Positions 9,170 through 18,943 are shown, counted from the first letter of the stretch. The stretch is DNA of 64,000 nucleotides from Burkholderiales bacterium (GCA_040880425.1 JBBDIL010000018.1:18495-82494), one strand, 5' to 3'. Numbers and translations: made by a program. The notes: generated by a model not told the origin, from the sequence alone.

Positions 9170-9378
9170 CTTTTCAGATCGAAATCTTTTAACCTCTATC
9201 CTCAGCGCTCAGCTTCGCTTCACACTCCTGCGGGTGCATGTGCGTGTTCCTTTGCCCCGCGGGTCGGAAGGAGGCAGCGGGCGAATGGCGTTAGACTCGG
9301 CATACATTCCCGGCGTCTCGCGCTCTGCGATTTAACGCACGCCGGAAGCTCAAAACAGAAAATGGAACCGGAGGAGAA

Positions 9379-11001
9379 ATGCAACGCATGAAGGGCGGCC
9401 ATGCGGTCGCAGCGGCGCTAAAGGCCGAGGGAATCGATCACGTATTCGGGATCGTGGGCACGCATGACACGCCGCTGTTCGACGGGGTGTTTGATGACGA
9501 CGCGTTCCGCGTGGTCACGGTGCGGCACGAGCAGGGGGCGTCGCTGATGGCGGCGGGCTATGCGCGGGCATCCGGGAAGATCGCGGCGTGCTTCGTGGTG
9601 CCGGGGCCGGGGCTCACCAATGCGCTGACCGGGATGGGCATGGCGTATGCCGAATCGACGCCGATGCTGGTGTTCGGCGGGCAGAACGCACTGGCGCAGC
9701 TCGAACGCGAGGGCGGGCATTTTCACGAGCTGGCGAACTCGCTGGCGGTGGCCGCTTCGGTGTGCGGTTACACCACGCGGGTCTCTGCGCCGACGGATAT
9801 TCCGGGAGTGGTCCGCGAGGCGATGCGCGCGATGCGCTGCGGGCGTCCGCGGCCTGCATATATCGAGGTGCCGCTGGATGTGCAGAACGGGGAAGGCGAG
9901 ATCGCGCCTTTGTCGCCGGAGATCTACAGCCGGCCGGGCGGCGATCCGGCGGGCATTGCGCGGGCGGCGGAGGCGCTAAAGTCGGCGAAGCGGCCTTTCA
10001 TCTATGCCGGCGGCGGGGTGGAGAGTGCGGATGCGACCGCCCAACTTGCGAAGGTGGCGGAACTGCTGGGCGCGCCGGTCGTAACCAGCGTATTCGGCCG
10101 GGGTGCGATCTCGGACCGGCATCCGCTCGCGCTTGGCGACGGCTGGGGGCGGCTCAATCTCTACGACGATCTGCTGGAGCAGGCGGACCTGGTGCTGGTG
10201 GTCGGTTCGCGCATCGACGTGGTGTCGGACGTGAACGCCGGCGCGCGATTCCCGCAGCGGATGGTGCAGGTCGATATCGATCCGCTGGTGGTGGGTCAGC
10301 GGCGGCCGGTGGAGGTGGGTGTGGTCGGCGATGCGGCGTCGGTGCTGACGTCGCTCGCTGCGCAGCTCGGCGGCAAGGACAAGGACTGCTGGTTCGACTG
10401 CGACGCTTTCCGTAAGCGCAAACGCGAAACACTCGCGCACCGCACCGGGCCGGTGCTTGGCGTGATCGACGACCTGCGCGCGGCGCTGCCGGATGACACC
10501 ATTTTCGTGGATGACCTGACACTGGTGGGCTACTGGATGCCGCTGCTGATGGACACTTATCTGCCGCGCACGCTGATCCATCCCGGAACCTATGGAACGC
10601 TGGGCTACTCGCTGCCGGCAGCGATCGGCGCGAAGCTCGCCTGTCCGGAGCAGCCGGTGGTATCGATCTCCGGCGACGGTGGTTTCCTGTTCACGCTGCA
10701 GGAACTCGCGACCGCGCGCGCAGAGAACCTCGACCTGATCGCGCTGGTGTTCAACGACAAAGCGTTCGGCGCAATCCGCAAATACCAGGACCGGATGTTC
10801 GGTGGCCGTCACATCGGCTCGGAACTGGTGAACCCGGACTTCGTGAAGCTCGGCGAGTCGTTCGGCGCGCAGAGCGTGCGCGTGGAAGCGAAAGACATCG
10901 GGCCCGCGGTGCGCCGCGCGCACGAGGCAGGCGGTTTGTGGCTGATCGAAGTGCCGTTCGCACCGCAAGGGGTGGCGAACATGGTGCCGTGGATGCCTTG
11001 A
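9379..11001 (+). CDS. Thiamine-pyrophosphate-binding enzyme (acetolactate synthase-like family)
   Basis: RBS GGAGGAG. The N-terminal TPP_N pattern is 'GGHAVAAALKAEGIDHVFGIVG'. The TPP-binding motif 'ISGDGGFLFTLQELATA...VFNDKAFG' is present. Confidence 0.9.
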   Translation: MQRMKGGHAVAAALKAEGIDHVFGIVGTHDTPLFDGVFDDDAFRVVTVRHEQGASLMAAGYARASGKIAACFVVPGPGLTNALTGMGMAYAESTPMLVFGGQNALAQLEREGGHFHELANSLAVAASVCGYTTRVSAPTDIPGVVREAMRAMRCGRPRPAYIEVPLDVQNGEGEIAPLSPEIYSRPGGDPAGIARAAEALKSAKRPFIYAGGGVESADATAQLAKVAELLGAPVVTSVFGRGAISDRHPLALGDGWGRLNLYDDLLEQADLVLVVGSRIDVVSDVNAGARFPQRMVQVDIDPLVVGQRRPVEVGVVGDAASVLTSLAAQLGGKDKDCWFDCDAFRKRKRETLAHRTGPVLGVIDDLRAALPDDTIFVDDLTLVGYWMPLLMDTYLPRTLIHPGTYGTLGYSLPAAIGAKLACPEQPVVSISGDGGFLFTLQELATARAENLDLIALVFNDKAFGAIRKYQDRMFGGRHIGSELVNPDFVKLGESFGAQSVRVEAKDIGPAVRRAHEAGGLWLIEVPFAPQGVANMVPWMP

Positions 11002-11041
11002 AAAACAGGTCCGGGGTCCGAGCCGAGGTAAAAGCATGAAT

Positions 11042-11140
11042 AAGGACTGAGTGAAAAGCCTGAAAAGCGGACCAAGACAGGGCGGACCACCAAAAACGGG
11101 CCAGGGACTCAAGGGAGGGGCTGAAGGCTGAGGGACTCGC
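11042..11140. repeat. Degenerate GGACTGAG-family repeat between convergent genes
   Basis: AAGGACTGAGTGAAAAGCCTGAAAAGCGG and GGCTGAAGGCTGAGGGACTC. Confidence 0.45.
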
Positions 11141-11192
11141 GCCGGGAATACTGCGGCGCTCTGGCGGGAGGGTGAGCTTCGTTCGCTGTCGG

Positions 11193-13442
11193 TTAGTGGA
11201 TCTGGTTCGCGACGGGCAGACACGGAGGCAGCGACTCGTAGCCATATTTCACGAGTTCGGCGACAGTCGAAGGTTGGCCATTCTGCCGGGCCAGGGTCTC
11301 GACATAGGCGCGCAATCCCTCGAGTTCCTTGCTGGCAGTCCATTGGTGCGTTGTCGTACCCATCCCCGGCAGTGCGGTTGCCGGCGGCATCGGAGATTTG
11401 ACGCGTTGTCCGGCCGGCATATGCCATTCTGAGAGCCGGAGCCAGATACGCGGTGCGCATTGGCGAAGGTTCTCCGCAACCTGCCGGGTATCGCCGGCGA
11501 GGAAATTTGGCGGAAATTCCTCGCGGGTCAGGTGGCACGCGGCGCAGTACCGAAAGAAAGGCTGCCACTCGGGTCGTTCAAATGTTTCTGTGTTTATCTC
11601 GGCCAGGTCGAGCCGGGCGGGCGGCATATCGGCGTCATCGATGCAGCACCATGACCGTTCGGGCATGCCGAGTTCCGAGAAGAGCGCACGCATGAGCGTC
11701 GCGCGCACCAGCGGCCCGAAATCGAAGATTGAAGGTTGCCGTGCGAGCAGACGGTCGATGGCCTGGCGTACGCGTGCGAAGTCATTCAGTACGACGATCT
11801 CGATGTGCGCCATGACCGGCTTCGACCGGTCGGCGCCCGACGCGGCGGGCCAGCGGATCTGGACGCTCGCGAGCGCGTTGCCATTTGGCAGCCGTGCCGA
11901 GCTCCCGTTCTTTTTCGGAATCGCCCGCAGCGTGTAGTGTGTGCCGGCCGGGTGCGCGACCTTGCCATCCAGCAGCAGGTCTCGCAACTGGCCTGCGGCA
12001 CCGAAGCTGATCCAGTCGATGCGTGCGTTGCCGCGATCATCGAAGCGACCCGCGAGCCTTACGGCGTGTGGTGCCGCGGTATCGCTGGCGCATTCCATCC
12101 TGAATCCCGTGGTACCGGGAATCGCGGTGCAAGGTGCCGGATACACGGTGCGCTGCACGCTCCCGCGCGCCGCCTGTTGCATCAGGTTGGCGTCCAGTGC
12201 GCGAAAATCACCTTCGGCGAAAAAGCCCGCCCACCCGGAAATGAAGCGATGGGCATCCATGGCGCCTGCGAATCGCCAGATTTCTCGTGCAGGCCGGGGA
12301 TTGAGCGGGTCGAGCGGCGCCGGCACATGCGACGCCGTGATCAAGTCCAGGTAATCGTCGTTCGTGTTGCCGCCGCCATAGTAAGAGCCCGTACCACCGA
12401 ACGGATTGCGGTCGGGCAGGCTCGACTGGGCCATGCGTAATCCCTGCGGCCACTTCTGCTGCCAGATTCTGGTAAAGGTGGCGACAAAGTCGCTTTGATA
12501 GCCTTGCGAACCGAAAGCGGATACCTGCTCGCCGGACAGACCGTACTGCAGCATGGACGTGAACGCAGCGGCCCGGCAGCGGCGGGACTGGGCCTGGTCG
12601 CGTGCATCCGAGCAACCCTGCTGCCATACGCTCTGCAAGGTCACCAGGGTGTTGGCCCGCACGGTCGATTTGTCGATGTCGTCGGGGAAATCGATGTTGG
12701 CCTGTGCGGACCGATCAAAATCACCGCGTTGCGCGCGGAGCATGGCTGCCATTTTCGCGTTGGCATTGGTCTCGCCCCAGGTGGCCGAGGAGAAAATGGG
12801 CGCGTGGTTCTGGTGGCACGTAATGCAGATTGCGCGGTTGGCATAGAAGACCTCCGGCTGGGCGCCGGGGCGATAGTCCTTCACCAGCTGGAATTCGAAA
12901 CGGCCCGCGGCCTCGTTGTAACTGATGACTTCCAGCGTGCCGGTTTTCTCGACATAGCCGATGTAGAGCCGATCCTTGAGCAATGCTCCGGAATCGCGCT
13001 CATGGACGATCGGTTCCCCCGTGACGGCAAACACGATGCGCGGATACTTGAAGAAGTCGGGGGTCGCGGCGGCGCGCTGCAACGAGCGCCCCATCGGGAT
13101 CATCGCGACCCGGGTACCTCCGAAAAACCCAGACTGCTCGAGCCCGGATTCGATGTGTTCGATCAGGGCAGAGAACGGAAATGGAATGCGGCGGATTCCT
13201 TTGTCACCAATGCGTTCCGTGACCAGATGATCGAACAGTGAGCGGCCTGTCGGCGGAAGGTCTTGGCCCGGCACGGTAGGGTCCACTGCCCATGAGGCGT
13301 AATCGCCGTCGATGTCGTGCGTAGTGCCTGTCTCGGTGACGGCATCTGTCCTGACAGGGACGGCGCCCGCGTAAACAAGTCCGACGACGCAAGCTGCGGC
13401 TATCAGGGTAAGACCGGTTACACGGCGATACGGCGACTTCAC
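11193..13442 (-). CDS. Secreted hypothetical protein with two CXXCH heme-binding motifs
   Basis: GTG start and signal peptide 'LTLIAAACVVGLVYAGA'. CITCH is encoded at 12813-12827 and CAACH at 11532-11546. I recognise no family. Confidence 0.7.
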   Translation of the reverse strand: MKSPYRRVTGLTLIAAACVVGLVYAGAVPVRTDAVTETGTTHDIDGDYASWAVDPTVPGQDLPPTGRSLFDHLVTERIGDKGIRRIPFPFSALIEHIESGLEQSGFFGGTRVAMIPMGRSLQRAAATPDFFKYPRIVFAVTGEPIVHERDSGALLKDRLYIGYVEKTGTLEVISYNEAAGRFEFQLVKDYRPGAQPEVFYANRAICITCHQNHAPIFSSATWGETNANAKMAAMLRAQRGDFDRSAQANIDFPDDIDKSTVRANTLVTLQSVWQQGCSDARDQAQSRRCRAAAFTSMLQYGLSGEQVSAFGSQGYQSDFVATFTRIWQQKWPQGLRMAQSSLPDRNPFGGTGSYYGGGNTNDDYLDLITASHVPAPLDPLNPRPAREIWRFAGAMDAHRFISGWAGFFAEGDFRALDANLMQQAARGSVQRTVYPAPCTAIPGTTGFRMECASDTAAPHAVRLAGRFDDRGNARIDWISFGAAGQLRDLLLDGKVAHPAGTHYTLRAIPKKNGSSARLPNGNALASVQIRWPAASGADRSKPVMAHIEIVVLNDFARVRQAIDRLLARQPSIFDFGPLVRATLMRALFSELGMPERSWCCIDDADMPPARLDLAEINTETFERPEWQPFFRYCAACHLTREEFPPNFLAGDTRQVAENLRQCAPRIWLRLSEWHMPAGQRVKSPMPPATALPGMGTTTHQWTASKELEGLRAYVETLARQNGQPSTVAELVKYGYESLPPCLPVANQIH

Positions 13443-13634
13443 GGCTCAATCCGACGGCTCAATTCGGCGCTTCGACCCGATTGCATACAATCCTATACGC
13501 GCAAGGTACAGCATTCGGCTGGTGGCGTGCATGGCCCAGGCGGATGCCTGCCCGGAAATCGGGCAGAGAGCCAGCTGCAATGACCGCTTCCGTGAGTACG
13601 AAAGGACTTGCAGGGAGTCCATGGCGCTGGCAGG

Positions 13635-13925
13635 TCAGGACTGGCCTTCGCCGCGCTGGCGTTTGAGAAAAAGAATGGCCGCGGCGGGGACGTGTACCAG
13701 GCCGAATGCGCTCAAAAATGCAAGCAAGGTACGAACGCCATCGGCTGGCGTGTAATAGGTGGTCGTGACGTAGCCGAACGCGATGCCGACGGCGATGAGA
13801 ATGCCGCGCAATACTGCGCGGTTCACGGTACCTTTGGTGTGCCGCGGAATGCGGAGGTGAGTGTAGGCGGCGGCTGCAAGCAGAACGACGGTGACGATTG
13901 CCATGAATAGGACGTCCATACACAT
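13635..13925 (-). CDS. Small integral membrane protein (3 predicted TM segments)
   Basis: High GC3 and hydrophobic segments ('VLFMAIVTVVLLAAAAY', 'GILIAVGIAFGYV', 'LLAFLSAFGLVHVPAAAILF'). The start could be ATG 13925 or 13919. Confidence 0.55.
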   Translation of the reverse strand: MCMDVLFMAIVTVVLLAAAAYTHLRIPRHTKGTVNRAVLRGILIAVGIAFGYVTTTYYTPADGVRTLLAFLSAFGLVHVPAAAILFLKRQRGEGQS

Positions 13926-14161
13926 GCGACAGCGGCCAGCGGCGGAAGTGCCCGGCTGTCATCGCGTGGAGGCCCGAAGGGCGGACGTGGCGATCTCGCG
14001 GTTGAGTGCGAAGAACATGATCGCTACGGGACTGCGTCCATCGCGATGACGGTTCTCGGTGACAGTGCGGTTTTTCTTGACTCACGATGGTCCGTGGTTG
14101 CCGCACGGAAAGGCGTGACGTAAACCTGGCGCGTTCAGAAACGATCGGTCAATCAGACCCT

Positions 14162-15799
14162 ATGGCAAGAATCATCCCTTCCGACTGGCGCAACGTCGAG
14201 GCGATCGGCGCGGCGCAACGCGAGATCGAGACCCTTGCGCGACTGCAGAAGGCGCTGCCGGATGCGTACACGGTGTACCACGGCGTGCACTGGACGCGGG
14301 TGGGCGAGCGCTTCTCGATGTTCGGCGAGATCGATTTCGTGGTGGTGAACCCCGTGGGCGCGATGCTGCTGATCGAGCAGAAATCGGGTTTTCTGCAGGA
14401 GACACCGGAGGGGCTGGTCAAGTCCTACGGCGAGAAGCAGAAGAAGGTGGCGGTGCAGATGGCGCGCACCGCGGACGCGCTGCGTGCGAAGTTCTGTGCG
14501 GTGCATCGCGACGTGTCGCCGCATATCGAACTGCTGCTCTATTGTCCAGACTATACGGTGAAGCAGCCGGCGATCGCCGGCCTGGACCCGGCGCGCATCG
14601 TCGACGCGAAACGGCGCGATGCGTTCACGAAAACGGTGCAGGAGATTCTGCCTGCCGACGCCCCGGTTTCCCCTCTCGCAGCGCAAGTGCATCGATTTTT
14701 GTCGGACCAGCTGCAGCTGGTGGCGGACGTGAGTGCGCTGATCGGGCGCGCGGAGGCGATGGTGACGCGGCTGTCCGGCGGGCTCGCGGACTGGGCGCGG
14801 CGACTGGAATTCCAACCTTTCCGGCTGCGAGTGATCGGTACCGCCGGCTCGGGCAAGACGCAGCTCGCGCTCGGCGTGTATCGCGATGCGGTGGCCGCGG
14901 GCAAGCGGCCGCTCTACGTGTGTTTCAATCGCCCGCTCGCGGACCATGTTGCCGCGCTGGTGCCGGAAGGTGGCGTGGCGGCGACTTACCATCAACTCTG
15001 TGACCGGTACTTCCGCAGCCGTGGCGGCGTGCCGGATTTTGCCGACCCTGAATGTTTCCCCCGGCTGGAGGAAGCGCTGGCGAGCGGGCCGGCGGACGAG
15101 CAATGGCGCTTCGACGTGCTGATCGTCGACGAGGGGCAGGATTTTTCCGAATCGTGGCGGGATGCCTTGCTGGGACTGCTGCGCGAGGACGGGCACGCGT
15201 GGTGGCTGGAAGATCCGCTGCAGAATCTCTACGGGCGCGAGCCGGTGCGCTTGCCGGACTGGGTGACGTTGCATTCGAACGTTAACTACCGCAGCCCGCG
15301 CGACGTGCTCGGGTACGTCAACCGGCTGCTCGACGGCGGGGCAGCGGTGGAGGCGGGCAGCCCGTTCATGGGATCGGACGTGCAGATCTCGACTTATGCC
15401 GATGCCACGGGACTGATCGATGAGACCAAACGCGCGATCACACGCTGCGTCGGCATGGGCTATACGCGCGGGGACATTGCGCTGGTGAGTTTTCGCGGGC
15501 GGGAGCGCTCGCGGCTGATGAGCTACACCCAGCTCGGACCGCACACGCTGAAGACTTTCACCGGGAAATACGATCTGCTGGGCGACCCGGTGTATACCGA
15601 AGGCGAACTGCTGCTTGAAACCGTGTACCGGTTCAAGGGGCAGTCCGCGCCTTGCGTGGTGCTGACGGAAGTGGATTTCGAGAACTTCGACGAACTCGCG
15701 CGGCGCAAACTGTTCGTTGGCGCTACCCGCGCGCGCATGCACCTGACGCTGATCGTCTCGGAAGCCGCGGCGGCGCAATTAATCAAGGTGGTTGGGTAG
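14162..15799 (+). CDS. NERD-domain nuclease fused to UvrD/DUF2075-like SF1 helicase
   Basis: The N-terminus 'FGEIDFVVVNPVGAMLLIEQK' is a NERD / PD-(D/E)xK-like motif. Walker A 'GTAGSGKT', Walker B 'VLIVDEGQDF', and C-terminal 'LFVGATRARMHLTLI'. Confidence 0.85.
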   Translation: MARIIPSDWRNVEAIGAAQREIETLARLQKALPDAYTVYHGVHWTRVGERFSMFGEIDFVVVNPVGAMLLIEQKSGFLQETPEGLVKSYGEKQKKVAVQMARTADALRAKFCAVHRDVSPHIELLLYCPDYTVKQPAIAGLDPARIVDAKRRDAFTKTVQEILPADAPVSPLAAQVHRFLSDQLQLVADVSALIGRAEAMVTRLSGGLADWARRLEFQPFRLRVIGTAGSGKTQLALGVYRDAVAAGKRPLYVCFNRPLADHVAALVPEGGVAATYHQLCDRYFRSRGGVPDFADPECFPRLEEALASGPADEQWRFDVLIVDEGQDFSESWRDALLGLLREDGHAWWLEDPLQNLYGREPVRLPDWVTLHSNVNYRSPRDVLGYVNRLLDGGAAVEAGSPFMGSDVQISTYADATGLIDETKRAITRCVGMGYTRGDIALVSFRGRERSRLMSYTQLGPHTLKTFTGKYDLLGDPVYTEGELLLETVYRFKGQSAPCVVLTEVDFENFDELARRKLFVGATRARMHLTLIVSEAAAAQLIKVVG

Positions 15800-15932
15800 G
15801 TGAGGTTGGTGGGGCAGCCTTCAGGAATCTCCCAACGCATACGCCGCCGAAGGCGCAGAGGAACGATGGGAACAGAATATCGCTTCCAAATCGCGCGCGG
15901 CGAGCAGAAGCTGGCGAACGCATTCATGTTCT

Positions 15933-16055
15933 CTTCGTGCCTTTGGCGCCGGCATCACGTTGGCTTCGCAAACGTGAGCCCGCTCCTCAACAAGCCGCGA
16001 TGCGGCGTGTTGTGTGTTTCGCACTTAAGCCATTTCCTCCGCGACCTCTGCGATG
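15933..16055. repeat. 90-bp two-hairpin element (copy 1) with partly conserved flank
   Basis: 15933-16022 matches the reverse complement of 39509-39598 at 88 of 90 positions. It contains the hairpins TCACGTT-N9-AACGTGA and CAACAAGCCGC-GAT-GCGGCGTGTTG. Confidence 0.9.
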
Positions 16056-16137
16056 TACGGTGTCCTCAGCGGCGCCTTGAGCTGACGCAATGAAAAGCGC
16101 TACAGTGACCGATCTGTCAGATTGAGTGTCTGCCGTC

Positions 16138-16518
16138 ATGTCCAGGTCTCCGATTCCCGACAAATCGAAACTTGACCGCGCGATCACCGACGCGCGCCGG
16201 CGCATGGACGAGCGCGCGGCGACCTATCGCGAACGGGCACTGAAACTGTACCCGCATGTCTGCGGACGCTGCGGGCGTGAATTCTCCGGGGTGCGGCTGC
16301 GCGAGTTAACGGTGCATCACCGGGACCACAACCACGACAACAATCCGCTGGATGGCAGCAACTGGGAACTGCTGTGCATTTACTGCCACGAGAACGAACA
16401 CGCAAGATTCACGGACGAGGCGATGAGGGATCGGGGACCGGATGCGCAGGGCGCGGTGGCGACGCACAATCCGTTCGCGGATCTGAAGAAGAAGCTGGAC
16501 GAGAAGAACAGGCGTTGA
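16138..16518 (+). CDS. yajD: YajD-family HNH endonuclease
   Basis: 'YPHVCGRCGREF...LTVHHRDHNHDNNPLDGSNWELLCIYCHENEH...NPFADLK' is colinear with E. coli YajD as I recall it. Confidence 0.9.
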   Translation: MSRSPIPDKSKLDRAITDARRRMDERAATYRERALKLYPHVCGRCGREFSGVRLRELTVHHRDHNHDNNPLDGSNWELLCIYCHENEHARFTDEAMRDRGPDAQGAVATHNPFADLKKKLDEKNRR

Positions 16519-16579
16519 TGGCGAGGGCGATCCCGGTTGGGTGTGAGGCGAATCCCGAGTCGCGCCGCATGCGGGTGTG

Positions 16580-17404
16580 ATGGTTGCGATGGGCCCGCTG
16601 CTGACGCTGAAGGTGCACGATGCCTTGCGCGCCGCCGCGCGCACCAGCGCGACGACAGTCGAGTGCTCGCTGACCCTGGATCGTTCGACCACGATGGTCG
16701 AGGTGGACGATACGGGATGGACCTGGCAAGGGCAACGATTCCCGTGGATGGCGTCGTGCAAGGACAGAACCATCTACCACTGGGACGGTGAGGGTTTTCA
16801 GCCGGTAGCGCGGTTCACCACGTCGCTGATCAAGCTGGTGCCAACGGAGTGGGGGCCGCCGACGTTCGAGATCGACGGCATCAAGATGCTGCCAACGGCG
16901 CAAGTCTCACCTTACGCAGATGCAGAACGCAAGGTCGCACTGATCCAGCCGCGCGGCAAGACGATCCTGGATACCTGTGGCGGCCTGGGTTACTTCGCCG
17001 CCTGGTGTGTGCAGGGCGGCGCCAGGCAGGTACTTTCCTTCGAAAAGAATCCGGACGTGATCTGGCTGCGCAGTCTCAACCCGTGGTCGCCGTCCGCCGG
17101 TGACGTAGTATCCCTGACTCAGGGCGATATCGCTGGAGAGATCGTGCAGATGTCCAGCGAATCGGTCGATGCGATTCTGCACGACCCGCCGCGTTTCGGG
17201 ATCGCGGGCGACCTGTACGCGCAGGCGTTCTACGATCATCTGGGCAGGGTGCTGAAGCGCAGGGGCAGACTGTTCCACTACACTGGCATGCCGAACAAGC
17301 TGACCAGCGGGCGCGATGTGCCGAACGAAGTGGCGAAGCGGTTGCGGCAGGCAGGCTTTGCGACGGAGTTGATAGGCGATGGGGTGTTGGGGGTGAAGAG
17401 ATGA
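16580..17404 (+). CDS. Class I SAM-dependent methyltransferase (DPPxF motif, RNA-MTase-like) with N-terminal extra domain
   Basis: SAM motif I 'ILDTCGGLGYFA' and motif IV-like 'LHDPPRFG'. It lies 61 nt downstream of yajD on the same strand. Confidence 0.8.
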   Translation: MVAMGPLLTLKVHDALRAAARTSATTVECSLTLDRSTTMVEVDDTGWTWQGQRFPWMASCKDRTIYHWDGEGFQPVARFTTSLIKLVPTEWGPPTFEIDGIKMLPTAQVSPYADAERKVALIQPRGKTILDTCGGLGYFAAWCVQGGARQVLSFEKNPDVIWLRSLNPWSPSAGDVVSLTQGDIAGEIVQMSSESVDAILHDPPRFGIAGDLYAQAFYDHLGRVLKRRGRLFHYTGMPNKLTSGRDVPNEVAKRLRQAGFATELIGDGVLGVKR

Positions 17405-17440
17405 AAGAAGCGCGACCGGGTGGAGATTCGGAAAGGCGGG

Positions 17441-17564
17441 GCTGAGGACTGAGGGAAGGGCAGGACTGAGTTTCGAGGACTGAGTGAACTGCGAAAAGCG
17501 AAAAGCGGAAAACGAGAAGCGAGGGGCGAGGTCGGCGTCGAGCCGACGCCCTTCTCGCGATGAC
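17441..17564. repeat. GGACTGAG units, GCGAAAAGCG units and a hairpin module ending CTCGCGATGAC
   Basis: GCTGAGGACTGAGGG...AGGACTGAG...GAGGACTGAGTGAAC, then TGCGAAAAGCGAAAAGCGGAAAACGAGAAGCGAGG, then GAGGTCGGCGTCGAGCCGACGCCCTTCTCGCGATGAC. Confidence 0.75.
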
Positions 17565-17586
17565 GGCTCCGGGATAAGGTGGACGA

Positions 17587-18069
17587 ATGAACGAAACAGA
17601 CTGGCGCGGCAGATTGCTGCACATCCATATTGCGGACAAGGCGTCGGCGCCGATGCTGGAATTGCCGCAGGCGAAGCTGATCGCCGGAGTCGGCATCGAG
17701 GGCGACCGATATGCCACCGGGCTCGGCACGTACTCGAAGATGCCGCGGTCGGATCGGCAGGTGACGCTGATCGAGATCGAGGCGCTGGAGGCGATCGAGC
17801 GCGATTACCGTATCGTGCTCACGCCGCAGGAGACGCGCCGCAATCTCACCACGCGCGGCGTGCCCTTGAACCATCTCGTCGGCGAGCGCTTCCGGGTCGG
17901 CGAGGTGGTGCTATATGGCGTGCGGTTGAACATCCCGTGCAAGTATCTGGAGCAGGTGACTGGCAAACAGGTGTTCGGCCCGCTCACGCACCGCTCGGGG
18001 CTGAACTGCGAGATCGAAACGGGGGGCATCATCCGGCCTGGGGACGTTATTGAACCCGCGGGGCGATGA
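17587..18069 (+). CDS. MOSC domain-containing protein
   Basis: The pattern 'GIEGDRY...RQVTLIEIEALE...LGENL-like RRNLTTRGV...PCKYLE' is typical of the MOSC beta-barrel. Confidence 0.8.
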   Translation: MNETDWRGRLLHIHIADKASAPMLELPQAKLIAGVGIEGDRYATGLGTYSKMPRSDRQVTLIEIEALEAIERDYRIVLTPQETRRNLTTRGVPLNHLVGERFRVGEVVLYGVRLNIPCKYLEQVTGKQVFGPLTHRSGLNCEIETGGIIRPGDVIEPAGR

Positions 18070-18133
18070 AGGCTGCGATATGCGCGAGCGGTATTGCTCG
18101 ATCAGGCCCGAATACTTCTGATTGGAGCCCTTG

Positions 18134-18943
18134 TCAGCCGGCCTTCGGCCAGAACAGATAGGCATCCATCGCCAGTACACCGGCATCCACGCCAGCGTCG
18201 ATGCGCTCGACTTTTGGCGCGGGACCGGCGGCGGCAAAGGCCACCGGCAGCGGCAGGAAGTGTTCCGGGCTCGGGTGCGCGCGCCCGGCATGCGGCGCGC
18301 GTTCCTTCCATGCAGCAAGCGCGTCGCGGTCGTCCTCGCGCAGGGCGCGGTCGATCCAGCCTCTGAATTCCTCGACGTAAGGCGCCGGCGGCGTTTCGGC
18401 GGGCTGCCTGCCGTGGCTTTGCACGAACTGCATCCATTCGCGCAGGTTGTGGGTCATGTGGCCGGAGCCGACGATCAGTACTTCCTCCTTCGCCAGCGGC
18501 GCCAGCGCAGCGCCCATGCGCAGATGATGCGCAGCGTCGAGCGAGGGCTGCACCGCGATCTGCGCCACCGGCAGGTCGGCGTCGGGAACCATGTGCAGCA
18601 TTGGCACCCATGCGCCGTGATCCAGGCCACGGGTGCTGTTCTCCGATGCGGATATGCCGGCGCCCTGCAGCAGTTCAAGCGCGCGTCGCGCAACGTCGGG
18701 TGCGCCGGGCGCCGGATAGCGCAACGCGTACAGTTCGTCGGGAAAGCCGCCGAAGTCGTGGATGGTTTCGGGTTCTTTGGTGGTCGAGAGCGCCGGCGAT
18801 GCGGTCTCCCAATGCGCGGACGCGATCAGGATCGCGCGCGGGCGGGGCAGCCGGCGGCCGAATTCGGCCCATGCTTGCCCGGCCGCACCGGCGTGCAGCG
18901 CATGCATCGGCGATCCGTGAGAGATGAAGATGGTTGGGAGCAT
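18134..18943 (-). CDS. Class III extradiol dioxygenase (4,5-DOPA dioxygenase, YgiD-like)
   Basis: Contains 'PTIFISHGSPM', 'IHDFGGFP', 'LDHGAWVPL-like' and 'GSGHMTHNL'. Confidence 0.85.
   Translation of the reverse strand: MLPTIFISHGSPMHALHAGAAGQAWAEFGRRLPRPRAILIASAHWETASPALSTTKEPETIHDFGGFPDELYALRYPAPGAPDVARRALELLQGAGISASENSTRGLDHGAWVPMLHMVPDADLPVAQIAVQPSLDAAHHLRMGAALAPLAKEEVLIVGSGHMTHNLREWMQFVQSHGRQPAETPPAPYVEEFRGWIDRALREDDRDALAAWKERAPHAGRAHPSPEHFLPLPVAFAAAGPAPKVERIDAGVDAGVLAMDAYLFWPKAG

Noticed and set aside
14153-15778. 541-aa ORF antisense to the NERD-helicase
   Set aside because: Shadow ORF with no motifs. The sense frame has NERD and Walker motifs.
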